64,000 nucleotides of DNA from Klebsiella pneumoniae (GCA_945865755.1 CAMBFS010000003.1:1-64000), one strand, 5' to 3'; counted from the stretch's first letter, positions 19,480-30,024 are shown. A program made the numbers and translations. Notes: a model not told the origin generated them from the sequence alone.

Positions 19480-20364
19480 ATGAAAGTTGGATTTTTTGCT
19501 ATTGGTATTGGCCCCGCCGCCGAGCCCGATCTCATCGCGCTCACCGCGCAGACCGCGGAGCAGTGCGGATTTTATTCTCTCTGGGCTCCCGAACATGTGG
19601 TCTTGATTGACAACTATCTCTCGAAGTACCCGTATTCCAAGGATGGGCGGTTACCGATGCCGACCACCAAGATCGACATTCTCGATCCCTACATCGCGCT
19701 GACCTACGCGGCGGCACTGACCAAAACCATTCGCCTTGGCACCGGCATCAGCCTCATTCCCGAACGGAGCCCGGTGGTCACCGCCAAGGAGATTGCCAGT
19801 CTCGATAAGCTTTCCGGTGGACGGTTTGATCTCGGTGTTGGAGTGGGCTGGCTGGAAGAGGAGTTTGCCGCGGTGCAGGTGCCGTGGGATCGGCGTGGGG
19901 ACCGGACGCGTGAGTATCTCCAGGCGATGAAGAATCTGTGGACGGAAGAGATATCGGAGTTCAAGGGCGAGTTCTGTAGCTTCCCGAAAGTGCGGATGTA
20001 TCCCAAGCCGGTGCAGAAACCGTATCCGCCCATCGTGTTTGGTGGCGAGAGCACGCCAGCGCTCAAGCGGGTCGCGGAAATTGGCGATGGTTGGTTTGGC
20101 GTGAACGTGACCCCAGAAGATGCGGCGGCGAAAATCGCGCGGATCAAGCAGTATGCGCAAGCGGCGGGACGTGGCAGTGTGAAGTTCTCGTTCGCCATTT
20201 CACCGGGCATCGGCTCACCCATTGAAATGGATATGGTGAAACGCTACCGCGACGCGGGTGTGGATCAAGTGATCGCGGGTGGAATTCCCAGTGACCCGAC
20301 ACAGGCGAAAGCGGAGATCGAACGGCTCGCGGAGAAACTCGTGGTGCCGTCGGCGAAACTGTAG
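19480..20364 (+). CDS. LLM-class (probably F420-dependent) oxidoreductase
   Basis: WAPEHVV, DPYIALT, GVGVGWLEEEF and PPIVFGGES. Confidence 0.88.
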   Translation: MKVGFFAIGIGPAAEPDLIALTAQTAEQCGFYSLWAPEHVVLIDNYLSKYPYSKDGRLPMPTTKIDILDPYIALTYAAALTKTIRLGTGISLIPERSPVVTAKEIASLDKLSGGRFDLGVGVGWLEEEFAAVQVPWDRRGDRTREYLQAMKNLWTEEISEFKGEFCSFPKVRMYPKPVQKPYPPIVFGGESTPALKRVAEIGDGWFGVNVTPEDAAAKIARIKQYAQAAGRGSVKFSFAISPGIGSPIEMDMVKRYRDAGVDQVIAGGIPSDPTQAKAEIERLAEKLVVPSAKL

Positions 20365-20369
20365 GAAGG

Positions 20370-20637
20370 GGAGTTGGGGGCAGTTGAAGGCAGTTGGGGA
20401 CAGTTTAGGGCAGTTGGGGACAGTTTAGGGCAGTTGGAGGCAGTTTAGGGCAGTTAGGGACAGTCGGGAACAGTGCTCAGTCCCTCAAGCCCTTGTTGTT
20501 CTAACTCCGAAATCCCAACTGCCTTCAACTGCCCTGAACTGTTTTCAACTGCCCCTAACTGCTTTCAACTGTCCCCAACTGTCCCCAACTGTCCCCAACT
20601 GCCCCCAACTGCCCCCAAGCCCCCAAGCCCCCAACTG
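20370..20637. repeat. Inverted arrays of 10-bp tandem repeats (GGGGCAGTTG-like / CAACTGCCCC-like)
   Basis: About 10 units at 20370-20474 and about 11 complementary units at 20514-20637, between convergent genes. Confidence 0.9.
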
Positions 20638-20638
20638 T

Positions 20639-21862
20639 CTACCTCCGTTCTTCCCGCAACACCCCATCCTCTCGTAGTTTCTGTATGTCCGCCGCAGTTC
20701 GCCCCAGGTAATGGGTCAGGACTTCTTCGTTATGCTGTCCCAGTGTCGGCGCGGTGAGCGGTAGCTCTTCGGGGAATTCCGAAAACTTCAACGGGAACCC
20801 CGGCACATCAAATTCTCCGTCATGGGTGGGATCGGAAATCGTCCGCACAGTGCCCCGCGCACGGAGATGTGGATGGCTCAGTGTGTCCTCGACCGACAGC
20901 ACGGGAGCCACCGGCACGTTGAACCGCTCCATCTGGGCCACCGCGCTCGGGACGTCAGGAAACGTGTGCAACCAATCTTCGATCAATTTGACGACTTCGT
21001 CGCGCCGTTCGAGGCGCACGAGATCGGTCTTATAACGCGGGTCCTCAATCAAGTCGGGCCGGTCCATCGCTCGACACAAGTCCGGCCAATGGTGGAAGAA
21101 ACTCATAATCACCACGTGTCCACCAGTCGCGCGAAACACACCACCTGGACACAAGTAGGTCATGTGGCGGCCCACGCGCGTCGGTTTGATCTTCCCGCCA
21201 CTGGCTTTGACCTGATGCACGTTCACTTCATGGAAGTTGTAGTAGACATCAAGGAGCGCCACATCGAGATGCTGCCCGCGCCCCGTGCGGTCGCGATGGC
21301 GTAGCGCGGCCAGCACCGCGAGCGCCCCATGCACGCCGGTACTCACATCCCCAAGCCCCACTAACGGAATATAGGGTGCCTCGTCTTTGTCCCCAATCAT
21401 TGAGGTGACCCCGGCGTAGGCTTGGGCGATGTAGTCATAACCAGGCTTGTGCGCCAGCGGGCCGGTCTGTCCCAACGCGGAAATGGAACAGAGAATGATA
21501 TTCGGCTTGAGGGCTTTGAGCCGCTCGTAATCCAGCCCCATTTCCGCCATTACGCCGGGCTTGAAGTTTTCCACCACGACATCGACTTGCTGCACCAGCT
21601 CAGCAATCAGCGCCATGCCACGCGGGTCGCGCAGATTCACGCAGACACTTTTCTTGCCACGATTGTGCTGCACGAAGAAGACACTACGTCGATTGCGAAA
21701 GACGGACGCGCCGCGACTCAAATCCCCATGCGGCGCGGATTCCACCTTAATCACGTCCGCCCCCATCTCGGCGAGCATTCGTGAACACGTCGGTCCCGCC
21801 AACGCCCGCGTGAAATCAAGGACGCGCAGGCCCGTCAGACAATGGTTCATTCCTTCATTCAT
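20639..21862 (-). CDS. Family III CoA transferase
   Basis: RVLDFTRALAGP, NRGKKS, VENFKPG and GYDYIAQA. Confidence 0.92.
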   Translation of the reverse strand: MNEGMNHCLTGLRVLDFTRALAGPTCSRMLAEMGADVIKVESAPHGDLSRGASVFRNRRSVFFVQHNRGKKSVCVNLRDPRGMALIAELVQQVDVVVENFKPGVMAEMGLDYERLKALKPNIILCSISALGQTGPLAHKPGYDYIAQAYAGVTSMIGDKDEAPYIPLVGLGDVSTGVHGALAVLAALRHRDRTGRGQHLDVALLDVYYNFHEVNVHQVKASGGKIKPTRVGRHMTYLCPGGVFRATGGHVVIMSFFHHWPDLCRAMDRPDLIEDPRYKTDLVRLERRDEVVKLIEDWLHTFPDVPSAVAQMERFNVPVAPVLSVEDTLSHPHLRARGTVRTISDPTHDGEFDVPGFPLKFSEFPEELPLTAPTLGQHNEEVLTHYLGRTAADIQKLREDGVLREERR

Positions 21863-21894
21863 GGACTCCCTCCTTTGATCGCATGATCGGAAGA

Positions 21895-23115
21895 TTAAAT
21901 CTCTTTTTCCACCAATACCCCCGCGGCGCGCAACTGCTGTACCTCTTCTGGCGAGCGCCCCAAGTAGCGCGTGAGAATCTCCTCGTTATGTTGTCCGAGC
22001 GTCGCCGCTTCCAGTGGCAGGTCCTTGGGAAACCGCGAGAACTTGAGCGGCATGCCCGGTATGTCGAAATCGCCAGCCAGCCGATCATGCACCGTGCGCA
22101 CGGTGCCACGAGCACGGTGATGCGGGTGCTGCGTGGTTTCCACCACCGACAGCACCGGCGCGACGGGCACTTGGTGTGTTTCCATGTGGGCGATGGCGCT
22201 GGGCACATCAGGGAACGTCTGTAACCAGTCCTCGATGATTTTCACCACCTCCGCGCGTCGGGCGAGCCGGGCGAGGTCGGTGCTGAAGTTGGGATCATCG
22301 ACCAAGTCCAGCCGGCCCATTGCCGCGCACAGGTCCTTCCAGTGATGCAGGAACGACATGATGACCAGATAGCCACCCTTGCCGCGAAAGACACCGCCAG
22401 GACAGGCGTAGGTCATGTGACGACCCGCCCGCGTCGGCTTCACCGCGCCATCACTGCCACTGTACGCATGCACGTTCGCCTCGTGATAGTGGTAGTACAC
22501 ATCCAGCAACGCGATGTCCAAATGTTGCCCTTCGCCGGTGCGGTCGCGGTAACGAAGCGCGGACACGATCGCCAGCGCCGCGTGCACGCCCGTGCTCACA
22601 TCACCCATCCCCACCAGTGGAATATAGGGCGCATCATCCGGCTCGCCGATCATCGATGTGACGCCGGAGTAGGCTTGCGCGATGTAATCATAGCCGGGCT
22701 TACCGGAGAGTGGGCCCTTTTGTCCAAGCGCCGAGATCGAACAGAGGACGATGTCTTTCTTCATTTCACGCAGGCGCTCGTAGCCGAACCCCATGTCCGC
22801 GATGACGCCAGGCTTGAAATTCTCGACCACGACATCCATTTGCGGCACCAGTTCGGCGATCATGGCCAGGGCGCGGGGATCGCGGAGGTTCACACAGAGG
22901 CTTTTCTTGCCGAGGTTTTGCTGAACGTAATAGAGACTGCGATTGTTTTTATAGTTAGAGAAGCGGCGCGCGAGTTCGCCATTGGGCGACGCTTCCACTT
23001 TAATGACATCGGCCCCCATCTCCGCGAGCATGCGCGTACAACTGGGCCCAGCGAGCGCGCGGGAGAAATCCAACACCCGCAAATCACTCAAGACATGATC
23101 CGTTCCTTGGGACAT
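21895..23115 (-). CDS. Family III CoA transferase (tandem paralog)
   Basis: RVLDFSRALAGP, NLGKKS, VENFKPG and GYDYIAQA. Highly similar to the downstream gene. Confidence 0.92.
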   Translation of the reverse strand: MSQGTDHVLSDLRVLDFSRALAGPSCTRMLAEMGADVIKVEASPNGELARRFSNYKNNRSLYYVQQNLGKKSLCVNLRDPRALAMIAELVPQMDVVVENFKPGVIADMGFGYERLREMKKDIVLCSISALGQKGPLSGKPGYDYIAQAYSGVTSMIGEPDDAPYIPLVGMGDVSTGVHAALAIVSALRYRDRTGEGQHLDIALLDVYYHYHEANVHAYSGSDGAVKPTRAGRHMTYACPGGVFRGKGGYLVIMSFLHHWKDLCAAMGRLDLVDDPNFSTDLARLARRAEVVKIIEDWLQTFPDVPSAIAHMETHQVPVAPVLSVVETTQHPHHRARGTVRTVHDRLAGDFDIPGMPLKFSRFPKDLPLEAATLGQHNEEILTRYLGRSPEEVQQLRAAGVLVEKEI

Positions 23116-23207
23116 ACGACCTCCTTTTGATGAAGCCTGTGGTGCAGGGAGATCAGATGGTATAGCGCAGAATTGGGCGGGTTGGCGAGCGCCGGTGCCT
23201 ACAAGAG

Positions 23208-23410
23208 CAATGGCATTAAGTTAAGGAAGTTTTTGTCGCAGGGGAAATCACCCCCACGCCGCCCCTTGCCGGGGACTGAACTCCCCGGCTACCCTCATGG
23301 CCTCGCTCCGCGAGGCCAGAGACGCCGCAGAGCGGCGTATGAGGGTAGCCGGGGGTTTCAACCCCCGGTTTGCTGCGAGCGGCGACTTTCGGCTTAACTT
23401 AATGCCATTG
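23208..23410. mobile_element. 203-bp MITE, copy 1
   Basis: TIR CAATGGCATTAAGTTAAG..CTTAACTTAATGCCATTG. Flanking 10-bp duplication CCTACAAGAG/CCCACAAGAG. Confidence 0.85.
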
Positions 23411-23468
23411 CCCACAAGAGGAGGTGCGCACCGTGCTGGGATTTCTGGTGGTCATCCTAGCCTATCGC

Positions 23469-25769
23469 CTAAATATCTTCCTCTCCCGCGCTCTTCGGTG
23501 TCGCCGCATCCTCGCTGGAGGCTTGGACGCGCACGGGTGCTGGCGGGAATTGATCCAGATGCTGGTGCACATGAGTAATTAGCCGATTGGCGACTTCCGT
23601 CGCGTCCTGCTCCGCGTATTCGTGCTCAAGCTGCTCCCACAACGCGTGCGCTTGGTGCGTGTCGTCTTCCTCAATCTGTCGCAGTACCGCGCTGAGCGCA
23701 TCGGGGGTTTCTGGTAGGCGTTTGTTGGGGAACACCGCCAGTGACTGTTCGATCCGAATTCTGGCTTGTGTCGCCCCAATCCGTTCCAAGCCAGCCAACA
23801 CCGTTGGGATTTTCTCGCCATCGTTCTCGAAGAATTGGTGAAACCCAACCACGAGGAATTTCGTATTGAACCAGTGCAAATCCCATAACAGCCGTTCATC
23901 TTCCGTCATCTGTGTCAGCACGTAGGTGTGCGACGCGGGATCGCAGGGCAGCTTCGCTTGAAGCTGTTGGACAATGTTCAGCACCGTGAACGTGGGATAT
24001 GGCGCTTCTTCGCTCAGGATTTCTTGAAGCGGTTTTTCCTTGACCCGAGACCGCGTGGTCACGCAGTGGGTGGGATCCATCGTGGCGACTGTTTCTTGAA
24101 AGTTTCCGATCGTGGTTTTCACCCCGATATACAGAGGCACCAGCAAAGAGACGGCGTACACCGTGCCACCAGCGAACATCGTGCGCCAGGTCGCTGGTCC
24201 AGTGGTCAGGTGGCGCAGCAGAGTCTTGGCGAGCTCGTAGCGAGTGGCGGACGGGTGTTGATGGAAGGGGGGGTGTGTCAACACTTGGAAAATCGCGTGC
24301 AGCCGCTCGGGGCGCGTCGTTGGTGTTGTTCCCAATTTGTGTAGTCGTCGTAGCGCGACGTTGACCCGCCATTGCGCGAGGAGTGTTGCTCCCACGGCGA
24401 TGGCGACACCAAGCATCAGACTCGATCCCGTCAGTCCGAGCAGCAACAAGATCACCACGCTGATTGATCCGAAAGCAAACCGTATCCACGGAAACCGACT
24501 CAAGAGCAACTCAACAACACGACCACCATCGAAAGGACTGATGGGGAGCAGGTTGAGATAGTTGAGCGAGACGGCCATCCACCCCACTTCGTTGAGCCAT
24601 GATGCGCTCTCTGGCGGAGCGAACTGCAAACAGACCATACCGAGCATCAGTCCTGGCACGGGGCCCAGCAGGAGGACGATGATCTGTTGCATCGGGGTCG
24701 CATCTTCTTTTTCCCCGGTCACCGCGGCTCCTAGAAAGGGGATGAAAAACATCTGGCGGTCACGATAGTCAAATATGCGCATCCCAAACCAATGTCCCAG
24801 TTCATGAAAGAACAGCACCCCGATCAGCACTGGGACGAAGGACCACGACCACATCAATCCGAAGGACACGGCTGCCACCGCGACACTCACGAGCAGGAGG
24901 GCACATTTGCCCAGCCAGCTCCATCCTGGAACCGACCGTTGAATTTCCTGCGTCCGCTCGAATGCCGCTACTTCACTCACAATCTGAGGGGAGGCTTCTC
25001 CCTGCGCGTTCATTGGAGCAAGTCGCGCGTCTGGCATTGTCTTGTGGGCTTTCTGCGTCGCCTTCATCACGCGAGTCCGCTTTTTCATGCCTTGGAGCAG
25101 GTCCCACACGAAACCGAGAGCGGGCAGCGGGCGCAGTCGCCACGAATTGCCGTCCGAAGCCGGAGTCAGGAGAGCGTTCTCAGTCATGTAATCTTGCATG
25201 AATGAATTATTGTACTCAATGAACGCGTCTGGTGAACACGGCATGGCCGTGCGATCTTCGAGCGCCTTCCCAATTCTCCGTTGGTGCTCCTGCCATTGGC
25301 GTTCGAGGTTGCCGACATAATAGTCAGCGAATCGGCACCAGTGTGGACATGGGGACATATCGTGCAGTTGACAGTCCACCGTCACCAGCGCGCGGCCATT
25401 CTTCAGCTCAGTGATGAAAGAGACATTGAATAGCACCCCAGCTTCGGGCGAGAGGGTGGGAGTCACTTCGGCGTAGGTGTGACAATCCTCATGGAGAAAG
25501 AGCTGCGCGGGTTGCGGTTTTTCGTCATGGACAAGGATATTCTCATGTATGCTCGAATGGGAGTAACGAAAACCGAGCGGTGTCAGTTGTTGTTCCGCTG
25601 ACTGAAAGACTCCTACCATTTCCGCGGGCAACGCCTCGCGCGCTGTCAGCGTACTGTGCGGTCTCCGAAAACGGCATCGTAAGAGGCGAGTCCAAACAAT
25701 GAAAACTTGGATGGCTTTAATCGCGATGAAAAAAGCAAAAAGGGTGAGAGCCAGTGTCAGCAGTTCCAT
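23469..25769 (-). CDS. Site-2 protease (M50) with an N-terminal extension and a C-terminal DUF4375/DMP19-like domain
   Basis: FFHELGH, FIPFLGA, LLGPVPG and NLLPISPFDGGR. C-terminal GFHQFFEN..LAGLERIGA. Confidence 0.8.
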   Translation of the reverse strand: MELLTLALTLFAFFIAIKAIQVFIVWTRLLRCRFRRPHSTLTAREALPAEMVGVFQSAEQQLTPLGFRYSHSSIHENILVHDEKPQPAQLFLHEDCHTYAEVTPTLSPEAGVLFNVSFITELKNGRALVTVDCQLHDMSPCPHWCRFADYYVGNLERQWQEHQRRIGKALEDRTAMPCSPDAFIEYNNSFMQDYMTENALLTPASDGNSWRLRPLPALGFVWDLLQGMKKRTRVMKATQKAHKTMPDARLAPMNAQGEASPQIVSEVAAFERTQEIQRSVPGWSWLGKCALLLVSVAVAAVSFGLMWSWSFVPVLIGVLFFHELGHWFGMRIFDYRDRQMFFIPFLGAAVTGEKEDATPMQQIIVLLLGPVPGLMLGMVCLQFAPPESASWLNEVGWMAVSLNYLNLLPISPFDGGRVVELLLSRFPWIRFAFGSISVVILLLLGLTGSSLMLGVAIAVGATLLAQWRVNVALRRLHKLGTTPTTRPERLHAIFQVLTHPPFHQHPSATRYELAKTLLRHLTTGPATWRTMFAGGTVYAVSLLVPLYIGVKTTIGNFQETVATMDPTHCVTTRSRVKEKPLQEILSEEAPYPTFTVLNIVQQLQAKLPCDPASHTYVLTQMTEDERLLWDLHWFNTKFLVVGFHQFFENDGEKIPTVLAGLERIGATQARIRIEQSLAVFPNKRLPETPDALSAVLRQIEEDDTHQAHALWEQLEHEYAEQDATEVANRLITHVHQHLDQFPPAPVRVQASSEDAATPKSAGEEDI

Positions 25770-25988
25770 GAAGTATTCCCTCGATAATCCTGGGAGACTC
25801 CGGTTGTATCGGCGAGGAAGGGCGGAACTATAACCCCAGTCATGGAGGGCGACGCGGGATCAAAGCTACGTAGGGTGGGTCGAGCCCCACCCTACTACTC
25901 GATAGGTGTTGAGGAGTGGCCGGACTCTAGGACATTGCGTGGGGAGTTGCAAACAGCAGGAAAGCGGGTTGCGCATGAACATGCGGCT

Positions 25989-26417
25989 TTATGGCTGAAG
26001 CCAATCTTCCACCCGTAATCCCGGCACCTGTTGAAAATCGTTCATATTTCGAGACAACAAGATGCCACCAGAAACCAAAACAATCGTGGCGATTTTGAGG
26101 TCCATAGTCCCAATGCGAATCCCGTGTTGACGCAAACGTTTGAACTCGTCGGCAGCGTGCTGGTCAAATGACAAAATCCGCCAGTCAGCAAAGAACTCGA
26201 AGAGTCCGGTAAGACGTTCATAATAGGAGACTTGCCGATGAACATCGGGGTGGCGACGAATGAGTGCCAACCACCCTCGAGTTTGTTCTTCGAGGGTAAT
26301 CGCGGTGGTTGCCATCTCTTCTATTGGCTGGGCTTCCAATCGAGTTTGCAAAGCGAATGCGCGTGGCGCATCGCGATACTGAAGAGCGGAAATGTGATCG
26401 GTATCCAGGATAATCAT
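25989..26417 (-). CDS. vapC: VapC/PIN toxin
   Basis: IILDTDH, TMDLKIA and SRN..DF..VPGL.VEDW. Confidence 0.9.
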   Translation of the reverse strand: MIILDTDHISALQYRDAPRAFALQTRLEAQPIEEMATTAITLEEQTRGWLALIRRHPDVHRQVSYYERLTGLFEFFADWRILSFDQHAADEFKRLRQHGIRIGTMDLKIATIVLVSGGILLSRNMNDFQQVPGLRVEDWLQP

Positions 26418-26614
26418 GTCTCGATTTTGCGTCGATCTTCTTCGCGGAGGCGTTGCCCTTCCTCAATAATCTCTTTCATTAGTGGGTCATCATCAAACAT
26501 TCCCACTGTCCGCCGCCAATCTTTTTTTCGCGTGGACGAGTCTGGACGCTGCCGGAGTACGTCCACGAGTTGTTCGAGCTTGGCGACCCGCTCTTCAAGA
26601 GTTCCTTCTGGCAT
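26414..26614 (-). CDS. Putative antitoxin
   Basis: Small ORF (TLEERVAKLE..W....GMF.DDP) overlapping the vapC start by ATGA. Confidence 0.75.
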   Translation of the reverse strand: MPEGTLEERVAKLEQLVDVLRQRPDSSTRKKDWRRTVGMFDDDPLMKEIIEEGQRLREEDRRKIET

Positions 26615-26693
26615 CGCTCTTTCCTCCTGCTTGGTCGGGACCGTCTTCTCCCCAACCTTTTTAACCTGCCCACGTAAAAGGTCCCGTTCACCT

Positions 26694-27821
26694 CTACGCG
26701 GACAGGCCATAAAACGCGCACGCGTTGGCCCCTAAAATTCTCTCCACCGAAGAGGTTGGTAACGAGACGAGGACATTGCGCATCGCCTCTATCGGATGGG
26801 CAAAGCCCTCGGCGTGCGGGTAGTCCGACCCGACAAAAAACTTCTCATCCCCAACAAACTGCACGATCAGCGGGAGCAGCTTCTCGCTGGGATCGGCATT
26901 CACCCAAATGTTGCGGGCGAAATACTCACGAATCGGGCGCTTCATCTGTGAGGTGTGGCGCATGTACTGATAGCGATACTCGAACCGCTCGATCCACTCA
27001 CCCACCCAACTCCCCATCGACTCCACCGTCGCCACACGGAGCGCGGGGAACCGTTCGAACACCCCATCGTACACCATCGTGCTCAGTGACATGCGCGGGT
27101 CTTGGATCACGTTCATGGAGATGAACATGAACCCCGGATTGCGATCCCGATACCAGGCGCTGCCCAGATAGTCCTTATTGCCCGCGGGGTGAATGGTCAC
27201 CGCCAAGTTGAGGTCCTGTGCCGTGGCCCAGATCACGTCATAATCGGGCTGGCCGAAACTCTTGCCATGCACCGGCGCGGACCCGATCATCACGGAATGC
27301 CCGCCAAACTTGGCGATGCGCTCCATTTCCTGCACCGCCAGGGCGGGGTCGCGTAACGAAATGTGCGCGGCGGGAAAGAGCCGGTCGAGACGGCCCGCGC
27401 ACACCTCGAAAGCCCATGTGTTGTAGGCGCGACAATGCGCGGCGGCGAGTCCCGCATCGCGAATCTCCCCCTCCCAGAGCAACCCAAGGGTAGGAAAGAG
27501 AATCTGATAATCGAGCTCTTCGGTATCCAGATACTGCACGCGCTTCCCCATGTCTTGCCAGTCCGCGCTGGCAATCAGCGAGCGATCAAATTCGTTGAGC
27601 GCGTGCCCTTCTTCCTTCTGGCCGTGGCCAACAATGATACTGAGCATCTCTTCGGTATCACTGCCGAGACGCATCGGCTTCCCATCAACGATCATTTGTT
27701 GTTTGCCCGTCGTCGGGTCATTCACCATACACATGGCACGCTCGCGGTACGCGGGCTCCATGTAGCGAGTAAACAAATCGAGCGGTTCAATAAAGTGGCT
27801 GTCGCCGTCAACGATTTTCAT
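26694..27821 (-). CDS. Amidohydrolase_2 family protein
   Basis: VDGDSHFIEP, AYNTW, FERFP.LR...VES and GSDYPHAEG. Confidence 0.9.
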   Translation of the reverse strand: MKIVDGDSHFIEPLDLFTRYMEPAYRERAMCMVNDPTTGKQQMIVDGKPMRLGSDTEEMLSIIVGHGQKEEGHALNEFDRSLIASADWQDMGKRVQYLDTEELDYQILFPTLGLLWEGEIRDAGLAAAHCRAYNTWAFEVCAGRLDRLFPAAHISLRDPALAVQEMERIAKFGGHSVMIGSAPVHGKSFGQPDYDVIWATAQDLNLAVTIHPAGNKDYLGSAWYRDRNPGFMFISMNVIQDPRMSLSTMVYDGVFERFPALRVATVESMGSWVGEWIERFEYRYQYMRHTSQMKRPIREYFARNIWVNADPSEKLLPLIVQFVGDEKFFVGSDYPHAEGFAHPIEAMRNVLVSLPTSSVERILGANACAFYGLSA

Positions 27822-27965
27822 GGGGTATCCTTTCTGTCTGGCGTTCTTTTACTGTCGTTCCAGTCGGAAGTACACCAGGTAGAGCACGCGCGGGACGGGC
27901 AAGACTGGATGGACCGCGGGAGACGGTGTACGATCCCGCCAGCGTGAGAGGGAGGCGCTCTAGCC

Positions 27966-28961
27966 ATGACGAATTTGCGAATTGACGGACCCACGAACAT
28001 TCTGGTGTTGCTCGGATTGACCTTACCCGAAGTGTCAGAAAGCGACTTGGCGAAGATCCGGGCGGCGGCGGCTCCCGGATCGACGATTCGGGTGGTCTCA
28101 AATACGCGCGACGCCATCGCCGCGGCGGCTGAGGTCGAGGTGATCCTGGGATTCATTCCCGAAGCGTTGTTCAACGCCGCGCCCCGGCTGCGCTGGGTGC
28201 ACGCGATCGCGTCGGGTGTGGACATGTTTCTCTACCCGGCCATGCGAGACTCACACGTGGTGCTGACAGGCGAGAAAGGACTCGTCGGTGGCCATCTGGC
28301 GGATACTGGATTTGGCTTACTCTTAGCACTGACTCGACAGATCGCTACGTCGATTCGTCTCGGCCCCGCGACCTGGGACGCACGCGAAGCCATGCGGCGT
28401 AAAGAGATTGAACTGGAAGGATTGACGATGGGCATCGTCGGCTTCGGCGGGACCGGGCGCGCGATGGCTCGGCGCGCGGTGGCGTTTGGCATGAACGTCT
28501 TAGCGCTTGATGAATGGCCGGTGCCGCCCTCGGACGGCGTTCGTGAAGTGTGGGGGCGTGATCGGCTCGCCGAATTACTGGCGGCCTCGGATGTGGTGGC
28601 CGTGGGGTGCCCGCTGACCGCGACGACCAGGAACCTCTTCAACGACACCACATTTTCACAAATGAAGCGTGGCGCCTTCATCATCAACGTGACCCGTGGC
28701 GAGATTATCGATGGGGATGCGCTGGTGCGCGCATTGAAAGACGGACGCTGTGGCGGCGCGGGCCTCGATGTTGCTCCGCTTGAGCCGTTGCCAGCCGACC
28801 ATCCCTTGTGGACGTTGGAGAACGTGGTGATGACCCCGCATACGGCGGGCGCGAGCCAACTGCGCGCGCCTCGCAATCTCGAACGCTTCTGCGAGAACTT
28901 GCAGCGTGTTCGCACGGGTGAACCGCTGGCGGGGGTCGTGGACAAGCAGTTGGGGTATTAA
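27966..28961 (+). CDS. D-2-hydroxyacid dehydrogenase
   Basis: GIVGFGGTG, INVTRGEI and GLDV..EPLP..HPLW..NVVMTPHTAG. Confidence 0.92.
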   Translation: MTNLRIDGPTNILVLLGLTLPEVSESDLAKIRAAAAPGSTIRVVSNTRDAIAAAAEVEVILGFIPEALFNAAPRLRWVHAIASGVDMFLYPAMRDSHVVLTGEKGLVGGHLADTGFGLLLALTRQIATSIRLGPATWDAREAMRRKEIELEGLTMGIVGFGGTGRAMARRAVAFGMNVLALDEWPVPPSDGVREVWGRDRLAELLAASDVVAVGCPLTATTRNLFNDTTFSQMKRGAFIINVTRGEIIDGDALVRALKDGRCGGAGLDVAPLEPLPADHPLWTLENVVMTPHTAGASQLRAPRNLERFCENLQRVRTGEPLAGVVDKQLGY

Positions 28962-29686
28962 CCGATTTTCTCCAGCACGGGGTCAATGGTCCGTAAGACC
29001 GCGTCAAGGCATTGGAGATGTTCTTGGCGCAGCGCTTCGACGGCGGTGGTGGCCCAGGCCACCACTTCGTGTTGGTCGGCCTTGGTGAGCGTGGTGAATC
29101 GGGGGTCAGCGGAAGCAATGTCTTCCCAGCCCAGGACCGCGCGTCCGAGATTCATGCCAATCGTCGCGGCCCGCTCTGCTAGGGGAGTTCCGGCCCACAA
29201 GATTTGGAGATACGCGGCCCATTGGCGACCAGCGATCCCGTCGGCAACCTCACAATACAACGGCGCGGTCCATTGCGAGGTGCGGAGTTCCACATCTTGG
29301 AGGCCCGCGCCGACAACAATGTCATGGGTCACCGCCGAGAGGACGGACTTTGGCAGGTCCATGTCCACCAGCAGGTGAAAGAACAGGTTTTGCAGCAGGA
29401 ACTGCGCGCACGGACCAATCCGGGTGGCATTGGAGAGATACGTGCAGTCGCCATCGCTGAGGTCATCACAAAGATTGACGGTGCAGTATTTAAGGTAAAT
29501 CGCCGCCGCACGGGCGAGCAGTGTGTGGCGCGGCAGCCCGGCTTCCGTGCCTGCGTCATAGAGCAGCGCGAGTGGTCCCGGCAACGCCGCTTCGAGCACC
29601 GCTAGCAGGTCGCCACGACTTTCCTCGGGGAATTGTTGCCGGTTCAGAATCCGTAACGCTTCTTGAAACACGACGCCCGCGCTCAT
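28958..29686 (-). CDS. Class I isoprenoid-synthase-fold protein (ComQ-like/polyprenyl transferase-like)
   Basis: AAAIYL....NLCDDLSDGD (DDxxD), GLQDVEL, and LG......EDI as a degenerate second Asp motif; predicted all-helical, 242 aa. Confidence 0.65.
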   Translation of the reverse strand: MSAGVVFQEALRILNRQQFPEESRGDLLAVLEAALPGPLALLYDAGTEAGLPRHTLLARAAAIYLKYCTVNLCDDLSDGDCTYLSNATRIGPCAQFLLQNLFFHLLVDMDLPKSVLSAVTHDIVVGAGLQDVELRTSQWTAPLYCEVADGIAGRQWAAYLQILWAGTPLAERAATIGMNLGRAVLGWEDIASADPRFTTLTKADQHEVVAWATTAVEALRQEHLQCLDAVLRTIDPVLEKIG

Positions 29687-29821
29687 AGGTCATCCTTATG
29701 TCTTGTGAACAATATCGCCTTCTCGAAATACGCGAGGATTTAGCATGTTGTTGGTGTGAGGGGCCACCACCTCGTATCACGAAGCAGAGACGTTGTTTCC
29801 AGGTTCCCTCTCCCGGATGGG

Positions 29822-30024
29822 CAATGGCATTAAGTTAAGCCGAAGCGTCACTGCTCGCTGCGAGCCGGGGGTAAAACCCCCGGCTACCATCCACAGCCCC
29901 TCCGGGGCTGATCGACACACCCCAGCGGGGTGTTTGGAGGGTAGCCAGGGGTAGGACTCCTGGCGAATGGCGGCGAGGGGGCAGCTTCCAGCATAACAAA
30001 AACTCCCTTAACTTAATGCCATTG
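29822..30024. mobile_element. 203-bp MITE, copy 2 (opposite orientation), inserted in a CCCTCTCCC..GGGAGAGGG palindrome
   Basis: Same TIR as copy 1. Perfect 10-bp TSD CCCGGATGGG at 29812-29821 and 30025-30034. Confidence 0.88.

Noticed and set aside
20370..20637. Possible CRISPR array
   Set aside because: The units are contiguous 10-mers with no unique spacers, and there are no cas genes in the window.
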